Source: Podarcis vaucheri
Taxonomy: Eukaryota
Length of the DNA stretch: 64,000 nt
Strand: one strand, 5' to 3'
Assembly: GCA_965113315.1 (NCBI GenBank)
Contig: OZ220365.1
Shown here: positions 24,901 to 37,237 of the stretch, piece after piece
Position numbering within the stretch: the stretch's first letter is position 1
Layout: each line of letters opens with the position of its first letter
Program-made: the position numbers and the translations under genes
Notes under the pieces: model-generated
The model's input: only the letters and a program-made list of their open reading frames with translations
Told to the model about the DNA's origin: nothing
Database searches by the model: none

Positions 24901-26962
24901 GGCAATTTGCCAAAGAGGGCACTTAAATGTTTGGGAAGTGCAGGGCATGTCTGAGAAGCTGTAGCAATAACAGTTGCACATGGAATTGGCCATGACTGTT
25001 TATGAGACAAAAACACTCATCCAATGTGGGGCCATAGATATCATCAGACCACACCATCCATGGCGTCGGCGCTTTGGTGGAACAAAACTAAGCTCAGAAA
25101 GCACAGCTCCTTGCCTAAGTCAAAACAACAACACTAAGAAGATAACACTGGGAGTGGAATGTATTCCTCAATACTAACACAGTTCATGTGCTCATCTGAC
25201 AATAACAACAGATAAAAGAGGGATGATAGTCTTTCAGCCAATGCTGGCTGGCTCTCCATATTCTAGATGGGCAAGATGGAGGCTTGTCATGACATCTCCC
25301 TCTGCTTGTCAGTCTGTAGAGAGTACTCCTACCCAGAAGTCCCATGAGAGATAGGCAGGAAGGTTTGTCTATTCTTCATGTCTAGAGTTTTGGGGCGTGT
25401 CACATTTGTTGTGGGATACCTGAGTGTTCCTGACTGCATTCCTTTTTTTAAAAAAAATATGAACAATTTACTACAGGTGAGCTATTCAGAAGTTTGGTGA
25501 CACATCACATTATTTCCATGCTGTTCTATGTGGCATTCAATTTGATGGTGGGGCAATGTTCCAGAACAGGGTATTTTGAAAATTTTTGGAAAAGCAATTT
25601 CTTGTCAAGAATGGACCTGGGAGATTTGGTGTGGTTCTCTATAATTCCTATATAGAGCTTTGAGGCATCTCAGTCTGATTGCTGGGATATCTTAGAACCA
25701 AGTAAGACAGCTTCTAATATTTATTGTCATTTATTGTTTATTCTTCTAAACTTTTGTCACCAAGTAGAAGAAGCCCATCTTGAACTTCAGAGTATGGATA
25801 ATACCATATCTTGGTCATTCAACTTCAAGATGAACAATGCTGGAATGTGTCAGACTCTCTTGCTTGATTAATTGTAATGACAACATGAACACAACATAGC
25901 ATCATTTATACTGTCAACTCACCCACAGATGAATAACTTCCTTTTGTTAAATAACTTGGAGAGAAACAATAAGTGCTGAACTCACAATAGGAAAATACAA
26001 AAATTCTTCATTTTACACAACATATTCCACAATCAATTTCTCAGAGAGATGCACCTATTTCATACAGGGAACCTATATTTCTGAGAGAAAGTGGGGTGGG
26101 GGCCAGGAACAATATTTGGGGGCATAGGGAAGCAGCCCCAACACCCAAGGTCTGGACCAGAACTGAAACCCAAATCCTACTAACTTCTCCCTTTCAATTG
26201 CTCATGATCACTCTGTAGTCAAAACAGATATGGGGCATCTGAACTAGGCTAAAACCATTTGTTTCCAGGGCAGCAAATATACATGCTGCAAAACCACTTC
26301 TCCCACACTTGGAATGCCTGCCTACCTGCCTGTCTGCCTTCTTCCCAAGTCTCCTTAGGACCACAGCCAAAATTGGTTTGAATTCAGATATTGGGGCTTA
26401 TCTTACTTCAATAAATGAAACCTCAACAGTGAGGAATGATCCTTTTCTTCTGAAAATATGCAGGCAACTGTGATAAAATGCCTTGAGGCAAAAATAAAAC
26501 CGATGACAATGTTAGTCAAACTGCCTTAACTAGTTGCCTAATAAGAATAGAAGAAGAACCTGCTATATCAAGCCAGTAGACCATCTTGTGTAGCATCCCA
26601 TTCTCACAGGTGCAAAGCAGAACCTGAGCACAAACTCCCCACTTGTGATTCCCAGCAGCTGGCATTCAGAAGCCAGTATATATCAAGTGCTAATATACAA
26701 AGAAAAGCAAATTGTACCTTAGGCTTTCAGGAGATGTATAATGACCACAAAGTTCTTTAGGGGGTGGAAATCATCCTGGTTATCCTTTAATTAATATTTT
26801 GATGATCCTTCTTCTCTGCAAAAGCCTCTGTTTTTATATTAGTATGAGATTTAATTCAGTTTTATCAGCTGTGATCTGTTTTGCCGACTCTATTTTTTTA
26901 TAAATTATGTTTTAATATATTTTATATCTTTTTCCTTTTTATACCTGCAAACACTTCATGTG

Positions 26963-27082
26963 TCTGAAAGAGCAAGCTTGAGTCCACAAAACCTTAGGCC
27001 ATAATACATTTGTTTGTCTTTAAGCTGCCACAAGACTGTTTCACTCTTTTGCTGCAACATTCTAATGTGGCTACTCTTCTGA
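26963..27082 (+). mobile_element. Old Penelope-like element terminal remnant
   Basis: TCTGAAAGAGC...TCCACAAAACC...TTTGTCTTTAAGCTGCCACAAGACT...CTAATGTGGCTAC, a decayed version of the motif order seen at 37238-37412. Confidence 0.5.
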
Positions 27083-27299
27083 TATTTTATGCAATAGTTT
27101 ATGTGCATATTTTATGTAACCAACTTTTATCCTGCTATTTTTGGTCAGTGGACCGTAAATGACTGACTAGCTGCAATAGCCTCTGATTATTGCTATGCTT
27201 TTGGACTTTATATTTCAAAAGGTGACGGGTTGGGCTTGGAAAACTAGGTGTTTGCATTTTTCAGTTGTGAATGGTTAACCTCTCAAATACAGCACAGTA

Positions 27300-28249
27300 C
27301 AGTGGTGACTCGCAAGACGAAATTAATTCGTTCCACAAGTCTCTTCGTCTTGCGAGTTTTTCGTCTTGCGATGCACGGTTTCTCATAGGAATGCATTGAA
27401 AATCAATTAATGCGTTCCTATGGAAACTGCCTTCAGACCAGGTCCGGGGACAGTCTGTCCTCCGACCTCTTCTGAAGGCTGGGGGGGGGACAAGGGCTTT
27501 TCTTCCCACCCCCAGCATTTTAAAAAACCCCGGGACAGCGGAGGACTTCTCCGCTGTCCGGGGCGATCTTAAAATGCTGGCGGGCGGCATTTTAAAATCG
27601 CCCGGGACAGCGGAGGACTTCTCCGGTGTCCGGGGCGATGTAAAAGCCCCTGGGAAGGCAGGCAGGGGGGACAAAGACTTTTGCCCCCCGCCCGCCTTCA
27701 GAAGAGGTGCTGGACCTCTTCTGAAGGCGGGCGGGAGGCGAAAGTCTTCCCCCCCCCCGCCTGCCTTCAAGAGCCGTCCGGGACAGCGGAGAAAGGCGCT
27801 GCCTTTCTCCGCTCTCCCGGGAAGGCAGGCAGGGGGGAGCAAAGACTTTCGCCCCCCGCCCGCCTTCAGAAGAGGTCCAGGACCTCTTCTGAAGGCGGGC
27901 GGGGGGCGAAAGTCTTTGCTCCCCCCCGCCTGCCTTCAAAAGCCGTCCGCGATAGCGGGAAGCGCTTCCCTGCTATCCCGGACTGCTTTTAAAATGCTGG
28001 TGGTGGGGAGCAAATCCTTTCGGCCCCCGCCAGCCTTCCTGGACCTCTTCTGAAGGCCGGAGGGGGGGAAAGGCTTTGCTCCCCACCACCAGCATTTAAA
28101 AGAGGTCCCCGGAGATTTCCCTATGGGCTTTCGTCTTGCGAAGCAAGCCCATAGGGAAATTCGTCTTGCGAAGCGCCTCCAAAACAGAAAACCCTTTCGT
28201 CTTGCGGGTTTTCCGTCTTGCGAGGCATTCGTCTTGCGGGGTACCACTG
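27300..28249. mobile_element. Tigger/pogo-like element, family B (long form with GC-rich palindromic interior)
   Basis: TA|CAGTGGTGACTCGCAAGACGAA ... TTCGTCTTGCGGGGTACCACTG|TA; interior made of repeated hairpin modules. Confidence 0.88.
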
Positions 28250-28332
28250 TATTATGAAAAGATGCACTAGCTTAGAGATGGAGAATATTCCCACATCCTA
28301 ACAGAAATTGCTGCCTTGAAAACATTGAAGTA

Positions 28333-28334
<2 letters not shown>

Positions 28335-28387
<53 letters not shown>
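28335..28387. repeat. (TTA)n microsatellite
   Basis: Read directly; similar tracts at about 29154-29188, 29842-29872 and 41830-41886. Confidence 0.95.
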
Positions 28388-29357
28388 TTGCAACCATGAA
28401 AATTAGAAAGTCATTATTAATGATGCAGACTCAATTTATCTAATTGAATAGTATTTTTGAATTTTGCTTCAGTTGTACAGTACAGCCTTCTAAAAACTGG
28501 ATAAGGAACGAACTATTGGGGTCTTATTTAACAGATTAGATGGGAGGGAGGGAGAGGAAAAGTCTATCTAAAAAAAGCTATTCTGTGTTCTCTTTTCTAT
28601 TGTCAATTATTCATTTGATTCCTCTGGGATTTGTGAGTCCTGCCAATCTTTCCTTGCAGAGCTGGGGAGGTGCTTTGGGGGGGGGGAGGCCTAATATATA
28701 TGCAGTCTCAATATTGGGAGTGTCAATCTAGCTACCTTCTGTACCAGCAAACCTGCTTTTGACTGTAAATGCCCTAGCAACAAGCGCCCACCTCTTGGGA
28801 GATCACAAATGTCACCAGAGATATTTTGAATGCGTGAATTGCCAAGGATTTCACCCCCAAGGCAACAGGAAGCAAAACGCTGAGGAATCAGCCTGAGGTT
28901 TGTGTAAAGGTGAAAACTACAAGAAGTCTTACCCAGGGCACACACATTCCTGTCTCCAGTCAGCAGCTCTCAGCAGGAATAACATGGTTTTTCCCCCTGT
29001 GAGGATTTTGGAGGAAGAGATGTAAGACAACCTTTTCATGACAAATAATACATTTTTGGATTCATTCTGGCAATATGTGATTGAAGACAGAGGAGTCCCT
29101 TCAAAAGAGTGGCTCGGGAGACCCAGCCAGATGGGTGGGGTATAAATAATAACATTATTATTATTATATTATTATTATTATTATTATTAATGTATTTTTC
29201 TGGCAGGGCTCAAGTTAGGGTGGCTACCCAGGCATTGTCAAAAACAGTTCCATAAAATGTGTGCGTGCTACTTCATATGTGTAAATACAAATGTAGAAAT
29301 AACAATGTTGATTTAAATAGAAATATAATACATCTTGGGATGTAAATACATCTTGGG

Positions 29358-29698
29358 TCTAAACCACAGAACCTAGGGCTTGCTGATCAGAAGGTCGGCG
29401 GTTCGAGTCCCCGCGATGGGGTGAACTCCCGTTGCTTGGTCCCTGCTCCTGCCAACCTAGCAGTTCGAAAGCACATCAAAGTGCAAGTAGATAAATAGGT
29501 ATCGCTCTGGCGGGAAGGTAAACGGCGTTTCCATGCGCTGCTCTGGTTCGCCAGAAGCGGCTTAGTCATGCTGTCCACATGACCCGGAAGCTGTCTGCAG
29601 ACAAATGCCGGCTCCCTCAGCCAATAAAGCGAGATGAGCGCCGCAACCCCAGAGTCATCAGCGACTGGACCTAATGGTCAGGGGTCCCTTTATCTTTA
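29358..29698 (+). mobile_element. Sauria SINE (5' end truncated)
   Basis: Same body as 13142; ends GGGGTCCCTTTATCTTTA. Confidence 0.9.
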
Positions 29699-30123
29699 TA
29701 ATAAATCTCAGCCCTTGCTCCCTAGTTTTATGGTTCTTTATCTTTAAAGGAACCCTTTAAATAGAGTACTGTCTACATGCTACTTAGGGAGAAATGGAGA
29801 ATGCTGGTGGTGATGATAGAGAGGTAATCTACTGACAACAATATTATTATTATTATTATTTTATTATTATTAATTATACCACCCTTCATCCATAGATCTC
29901 AGGATGGTTCACAGGATAAAAATGCAAACTAAAAGCATGAAAACTGAGCAAAGTGCTGGAGGACACACAGGTGTCTATGCATAAATCAGTTTTGTACTAG
30001 ATATTGCCCGTGTAGGGGGCCCACAATTTTCATGAAATGTGCAACCTGCCTTATACTGTTCTGAAATGCTCGGAAGCAACTTTCAGTCAGAGCAGACAAT
30101 ACTTTTGTCCACTCAGTCTACTT

Positions 30124-30285
30124 GGGTTGGATCTAGACACATCAAAGAAGTGATTCAGTAAAACGCATTGTAAACTTCATACAGGGAAATCCCGTTGGCA
30201 AAAGATGGGACTCCACAGTGCCATCTGGTGTCACAGTGTTATAACGCATATAAAGCGCTATAACTTTACGAATGTAGTTGGTCTA
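30124..30285. mobile_element. Short interspersed repeat (possibly a PIF/Harbinger MITE) carrying a CTCF-like motif
   Basis: GGATCTAGACACATCAAAGAAGTG...GGACTCCACAGTGC shared with 55064-55230. Confidence 0.6.
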
Positions 30286-31181
30286 CAGACTTTGAACAAC
30301 TAGTACAGTGTAGGGATCTCATGACAACCACAGCAAAAACAAAAAATGGGTGGGGGAGAGACAAAATGCTTTTGAGCTAAATGTCATAAGGCCTATTTCT
30401 CAGGGGTCAGTCCAGCCCCTTCAGAATAATTGCCAGTCATTCAAAAAGAAAAAATATTTTGAACTGTCCAGCTATTTTTGCACATATTTCTTGGGTGCCT
30501 CTTCCCCCGCCAACCCATTAGTTTCTCTATGCTTTCCCCCAAAAAATTGAGTGTGCATTTTTGAAAGCAAATATAACTTATTTCTTCTTCTTCTTTTTCT
30601 GCTTCCTCCGCTAATAATATCCTGCTCTCTGATAATGTCACAGTAAATGGTGCTGAAATACTTTCTGTAAATTGTCTTGATATTTTTCTGAGGCTTAGTA
30701 CATTTTCTATGGCTTCATGATAACTGCAATTGCCTGTAGGCAAAGTTCAAAAGCTTAAGCAGTTGTGGGGAGGGGTTCCACACCAGTAATTTGGCCTGCT
30801 TAAATGCTTTTGCTCTGCAAACAAACTTAATCTGATTTTTGTATTTTATCTCTTTTATTGGGTTCTGTGGGCTCTTCTGAAGAAGGAAGAGATCATATTG
30901 CTACTGTTTGCTTGTAGGTTTGTAGGCTCTCCCCTGTTTATCATCTTTAAGGAGTCAGTTTAGAAACTCTTGAAAGCTTTTGTTCCCACATCAGGGGACA
31001 TTCATGCAAAGGGGTAACAATACAATAAATATATTCCATATTTTGATTACTTATATTGTAGCAGCAACCACTGGTATTTAATTAGAGCTGACCCTGATTT
31101 TTCATGAATGCTGTTTGGAATTTGAGATCTTGTTCAAACTAATATTTTGAGCTGGTCCCAATTTGCGTGAGAAACAAACTA

Positions 31182-31929
31182 AAATTTACGGCATGTACTG
31201 CGTTAAAGGAAAATGTAATGAAAATGGTATACAGATGGTATATAACGCCAGTAAAACTAGCTAAAATGTATAAAACATGTAATAAGTGTTGGAAATGTAA
31301 AGAAAAAGAAAGGACATTCTATTATATGTGGTGGGAGTGTAAAAAGGTGAAAGGTTTCTGGGAAATGATATATAATGAATTGAAAAAGATGTTGAAATAT
31401 ACGTTTATTAAGAAACCAGAGGCCTTCTTATTGGGATTGGTAGGAAATGAGATAAGTAAGAAAGATTGTAAACTTTTTCAATACGCAGTTACAGCAGCGA
31501 GAATACTTCTGGCCCAAAAATGGAAACAGGAAGAAATACTGACGGTGGAAGAATGGAGATTGAAATTGACTGATTATGCAGAATTGGACAAACTAACGGG
31601 GAAGATTCGGTATCAACGAGACCAAAAGTTCATCGAGGACTGGGGAAGATTTACAGATTATCTGAAAGGCATATGTGATGAACAGATAATGTTTGTTGGT
31701 TTTCAAGAGACTCTGTAAAAAATAGAGAAATATTGTAAAAAAGAGAATAATAGGAGGGAACGAGATATCTAAAGGCAATACTAAGTTAAGAAATGCGTTA
31801 ATAATATAGATGTAAACAAAAGATCGGCAGAGGAGCTGAGGGAAGTCAAAAAACAGATGAATGTGTGATAAAATGTGAATTGATTGTATAAAAAATTGCT
31901 GGAAAATGAATAAAAAATATTATAAAAAA
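31182..31929 (+). mobile_element. 5'-truncated L1-clade LINE (ORF2 C-terminus, 3' UTR, short A tail)
   Basis: KMVYRWYITPVKLAKMY..CWKC..YMWWEC..FW zinc-knuckle region; AATAAA at 31909-31914; perfect 13-bp TSD GAGAAACAAACTA (31169-31181 and 31930-31942). Confidence 0.92.
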
Positions 31930-32859
31930 GAGAAACAAACTACTTTGACCTCATAGATACAATTTGGCACTCATACAGCAAGTAGTGGTACAGATGTTAG
32001 TTGTTTTGTTACTTCAGTTTGAAATGTCCCATCCTACTCACTTCTCTTTTATAATAGGATGGTACTATAAAGCAAACCATTCTTATATCTATTTCACAGA
32101 TCATGCAAGTCAAGCATATGCATGTTTTCTCAGAAATAAGCCACGCTAAGCTTTAATGCATGACAAGCTATACCTGCTGAAACTGTGTGCTTAGCCTACA
32201 CAACTATTAAAGGTTGCGGGAGTCCATGGTTGTTGTTGTTTTCAGCCTTGCCACTGTAAGCAGTAGGACTACACTGGACATTTGAACCTCAGTCCCTTTA
32301 TTTACATCATACTTTGGACAATTTGTGCAGGTCAGAAGCAGATGCTATAGAATTAGATGGGCTAGTGGCTTTGCTGAGCATAAGGCAGCTTTATATATCC
32401 GTAAGGGAATTATTCAGCTTCTTTTCTAATGCTGCAAATTGGACTGTACAATGTGTTACTACTCCTATTAGTCATCCCAGACAATGAGCAAGACATGCTG
32501 TGGTTAAGGGCATATTTTTTTATTAGACCAACTGCTGTTAGTTAGTTTGCAAGCTTTCCAAAGAGATCTGCTCTTAACATCTCATTTGCGAAAGTAGCTG
32601 GACTCTCAAAGGCTCTGGGCTCTGTTCCAGAAGATGATGATGTAATAATCACATACAGCACTTGCCAGCAGGATGTTTTTTGTTTTTTTGTTTTTTAAGA
32701 CGTGTCTGTTAAATACCTCATTAAGAAAGGCATGCTGTAGGCTGGCTGCTTCTTTCCCTTGATGAATTTGCAGGCTGGTACTTGCCAAGTATCATTTTAC
32801 TAATCCAATTATTTAAAAATACCCTTCAAGATTTTGTTGAGATATACTCCCAAACACCA

Positions 32860-33391
32860 TCGGTCCATTTAGTTCAGCATTGTCTTCATTGACTGACAGA
32901 ATCTCTCCAGAATTTCAGTCTGGGAGTCTTTCACAGTTCTACCTGAGAACTGAACAGGGACCTTCTTTATGTGAAGCAGATGCTCTACCCAGGGCCAGCC
33001 CACTTGTGAGACAGAATGAGGCAACCGCCTCAGGCAGCAGGCTCCCAAGGGTGGCACCAGTGGGGAAAGGAGGGAAAGCGGCAGCAGCTTCTGGCAAAAT
33101 CCCTTGAGATCTCATGGAACACTTCCAGGATCTCACAGAGCTCACAGAAGATCTCGCCACAGCCGCCGATTCTCCTCACTTCTCCCATGGCTGAAAGGCA
33201 CCCTCTCTCCCCACCCCCACTGCTGCCACTGGAGAAGCAAGGAGAAGTGGCTATGGTTTCCAGGTTCTGGCAAGATCTTACAGACCTCTTATGAGATTTC
33301 ACAGGAATCTGGAAGCTGCAGCACATGCGTGGTAAGTAAGGCTTCAGCAGGGGAGTGGCGGGATTGGCTGTTTCTGGTTCTACCACTCAGC
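32860..33391 (-). mobile_element. tRNA-derived SINE split by a hAT insertion
   Basis: Removing 32990-33384 restores minus-strand GCTGAGTGGTAGAGCATCTGCTTCACATAAAGAAGGTCCCTGTTC, an A-box/B-box-like head. Confidence 0.6.
32990..33376. mobile_element. Decayed hAT-like element
   Basis: CAGGGCCAGCC ... GGCTGTTTCTG ends; 8-bp TSD GCTCTACC / GTTCTACC (7/8). Confidence 0.65.
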
Positions 33392-34047
33392 AAAGATTAA
33401 GTTGTGCCCCATTGACCTTTGTTAAAACATTTCATTTTCCTCTAGCCAACAATTAAAAAATAAATGATGGGAATTACATTTCAAAGCTTTGTTCTCACTT
33501 CTGTTCTTTTCAGAATTCACACAGCATGCATATGCAGTGATTGATGGGACAGGAGATGAAGGTGGTTTAGAAATCACCATCCTCCGGAAAGCGCTGCTCT
33601 CCATAGTTCATAGGCAGATGTATTTTGGTGCTGAAGTAGGCACTTTTTAAGTCTTAAGGCTGGCAAGCACAACAAGAACCAAAATGTTATGCTTATCTTT
33701 TGCTTGTATCTTTTGATACTTCTGTCTCTGTGCTTAGCAATAAACATGAGTTTTGTTGTTTAAAATGGTCTAAATTGGTACAGTTCAAGTTGATTCTTAG
33801 GTAATGTATTAGAGACGAGTGAGGGCCATGAGGTTGAAAAGATACCCATACTGAAAGCGGATGCCATAGACTAAAGGCAATCCTTATACAGGTCTCATAG
33901 CAGAAAAGCAACTTTGTGGTGGAGGAGATTTTAAGTAGACAAGATCCTGTGCAAAATGGTGTGGTGACATTCCCTCAAGCAAGTAAGTTTGTTCCAGAGA
34001 CGGTTTACACATTGAGATGAGTTCTTTCTCACTCACCAAGCAGCTTA

Positions 34048-34274
34048 CAGTGGTACTTCAGGTTACGAACGCTTCAGGTTACGAGCTCTGCTAACCTGGA
34101 AGTAACTGCTCCTGGTTGCAAACTTTGCCCCAGCCCAGGATGTAAATGGAAATCATGCGCCAGAGGCGCATGCGCAGCTGGAGGCCCCACTAGTGATAAG
34201 ATAAGGATAAGAACGGTTTCAGCTTAAGAATGGACCTCCGGAACGAATTAAGTTCGTAACCAGAGGTACTACTG
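34048..34274. mobile_element. Family A MITE (diverged)
   Basis: TA|CAGTGGTACTTCAGGTT ... AACCAGAGGTACTACTG|TA. Confidence 0.82.
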
Positions 34275-34305
34275 TATCTGTAATTCTATCCCATGTGCTG
34301 TGGTA

Positions 34306-34681
34306 AAAGGTAAGGTAAAGAACCCCTGGACAGTTAAGTCCAGTCAAAGGTGACTATGGGGTTGCTGTGCTCATCTCGCTTTACAGGCCGAGGGAGCTGG
34401 CGTTTGTCCACAGACAGCTTTCCAGGTCATGTGGCCAGCATGACTAAACCGCTTCTGGCACAACGGAACACTGTGATGGAAACCAGAGCACACGGAAACG
34501 TTGTTTACCTTCCTGCCACAACGGTACCTGTTTATCTACTTGCAGCAGTGTGCTTTCGAACTGCCAGGTTGGCAGGAGTTGGTACAGAGCAACGGGAGCT
34601 CACACTGTCATGGGGATTCGAACACCAACCTTCCAATCAGCAAGCCCAAGAGGATCAGTGGTTTAGACCATAGCACCACCC
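34306..34681 (-). mobile_element. Sauria SINE
   Basis: Reverse SINE with (AAGGT)-type tail at the left; 9-bp TSD GCTGTGGTA (34297-34305 and 34682-34690). Confidence 0.88.
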
Positions 34682-36842
34682 GCTGTGGTATGCCTCAACG
34701 TCACTAGTACATACCAGGGGCCAATCTGATGGGTAGGCCCACCTTCATTTGGAAAGGAACTACATGCTCAGCGGTTGTGGTCGACCTTTTAGTGAAAAGC
34801 CGCACCTGTATGGGACAGGAGCCCAGAAAAATGGCTGAGTTTTGTAAGTGACTGTGGGATGGGGGCTTGAAGATAACTCATCAAGTGATCAAGTAATGTG
34901 TTGATCAGCTCACAAAAGATTATTTCTGATTTAAACTTTTTATATGGTTTTTGATGTATAGTTTTATGTATAATTGTTGAATAGCAATATATAAATATTT
35001 TTATAAATTAAAGAATAACAACACTATGTGCAGATATGGAAACCTTTGGAGTGTTACTTTTTCAGATATGTAGTTTATATCTTAAATCATGATAACTTCA
35101 CAGAGTAAAAATATAAGATCATATTCTTTCAAAGTAAATATAAAATACTTATTAGACAGTGTTATAAAGGCAATTTTAATTAATCATATGACAGGCCCAA
35201 AATATACCTTTTTACAGAAATCTTAGAAGTTTGTACAACCACACATGTGAAGGTCTTCACCTTTGGATAAACATTAGAGACATATATCACAGTTCCAGTT
35301 TCCAGTTACAAACGAAGAGCTAATATAAGGAGCCTCAATAAAATGGATATTCATTGATATTTATGTAAAACGATTACTTGTTATGTTGAGTTTGGCTAAA
35401 TCAGAGTACAGGTTGCCACCATCAAACAGGCGCAAAAATAGGTGCAGGTAGATGATGTGCTTCCTCTTCACATTTTATTGTTGAATATGAAAGCTATTCT
35501 CACTGCGGTACTGATTTTGTATCAGTCATAACAGTGAATTATCCCATTTTAAATGTTGCCTTCTTAGTAACTAGAGAGGCTTACTGTAAGGTTTTGTTCA
35601 AACAGTGTTTCTTCAGTGGTTGAGTAGGACCGGCCCTGCCATTAGTCAAGGTGACATGACCACCTCAAGCAGCAGAGGCTAGATGGCAGCAGTAGCCCCC
35701 TGGCAGATTCTTCTAAGCCCCAAGCCATTCCCTGTGTATGTGACATGGACTGTCCTGCCCCACTACAGTATTCTGCTGTCTCAGGTGCAATGAAGAATGC
35801 TGTCTCATCCCCTGTGTTGAAGTAATATCCAACTGAGGAGTCAGGCCAGTTAGAAAAAAAAATCATTCTATACTTGTAACCAGTGATATTTACCGGTAAA
35901 TGGCAGGAGAAAAAATATTCTGAACATGTTAACTGCATGTGTAACATGCATGATTTCACTAAGGTAACCTATTTGGGGATTGCTAAATTTGCCAAATAGT
36001 ATAAAGACCTTATCTTTTTGCTGCATGTTGTGAAATGAGAACTTTGCTTGTCTCCCTCACTTCAGAGTCTTAGTGGGTCCTATGAATGTTTCGTTGTTCA
36101 GTTATCCCTTCTATTTTGCTACTGTTTTTAGTAATTTACTATGTGATTTTATTGTGCTTTATATATTTTTTCATTGTACACTGTCTGTGGAGCATTTGCC
36201 CTGGAAGAGTGAAGTCAATCTCAGGTTGGTAGGCCTATGGGAGCGTTGGACATCCACACTGCAGCAGTAGCCAGGAATACTTTCTGTCAACTGACTGCCT
36301 CTAATAAGAAAGCTGCAGCCTTTTTTATCAAATTACAGCCTCAAGAAGACAGGCTACTGTATTGCAATGAGATTTGAGGGGGGGGATTACAATGGGAGAA
36401 GGGATTTGGCAAAAATTGAGCAGAGGCACTTCGCATGTGCAGAAGCAAAGTGCCCCAGCCTTGTTCTAACTTGCTGAGTTTCATGATACTTCAGAGCAGC
36501 CTTTCCAACCTGATGGACTACAAATTAATTAAATTTAGTCTTACTTAAATTCCAGTGATTTCAATAATTTAGTGTGGATCAAACCCTCAGATTACAACAG
36601 CTGAGTGCACTTTGGGCTGCCCTGAATATTCGCCTTTTTCAGGCAAAAATAGTGATTTTGATGGTGTAAAATATTTCCACAAATATCCCTTTAGACTACG
36701 TAAACATTTACCATCACCATCCAGTCATGTTCAGTGCCAACATGCTGGCTTGCAATTTCCTATTCTCCAGCTACTGCTTCTTCCTTCTGGATTACATATG
36801 GGGATGATTTAAGGTGGTCCGCTCAACTTATTGGGTGGGTGG

Positions 36843-37035
36843 TGTTGCGTTGATCCGTCCCAGGGGCAGAGACTGGCACCCTCCCCACCGCTGCTTGTCC
36901 CCGCCGTCAGCGCTGTATGGGGCCCTGCTCAAGGGGCGGGCCCTGGTGACCAATCAGCACGAATGGGGGTGGAGGTGGCCGCAGAGAATATAAACCCTGG
37001 CACAGCAGGGAAATTGAAGCCAATCAGGGATTAAA
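36843..37035 (+). promoter_or_regulatory. GC-box/CCAAT/TATA cassette, possibly an LTR U3 fragment
   Basis: GGGGCGGG 36933-36940, CCAAT 36950-36954, TATAAA 36989-36994, inside a GC-rich island in AT-rich DNA. Confidence 0.4.
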
Positions 37036-37237
37036 TAGTTGATGGAATTGTATCACAATGCTAAATATGGTCAATCAAATTTGGCTGCATGATGACATCA
37101 CTGAAAGCATAAGGAGTTAACTGAAAACAAGAGAGGACAATATAAATGCACATGTGATGATGTCCCCTTTTACTGCTAGGGATGGGGAGAAGTTAAGTTC
37201 AGCAGACCTGCATAATCCACATTTTCTGATGCACAGG

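Noticed and set aside
27261-28247. Repetitive Pro/Gly/Arg ORFs on both strands and a superficially CRISPR-like repeat pattern
   Set aside because: Translations of palindromic transposon modules; no unique spacers, no cas genes, vertebrate context.
29327-29357. Duplicated AATACATCTTGGG at the SINE 5' junction
   Set aside because: Most simply a local duplication or template slip during insertion; no further structure.
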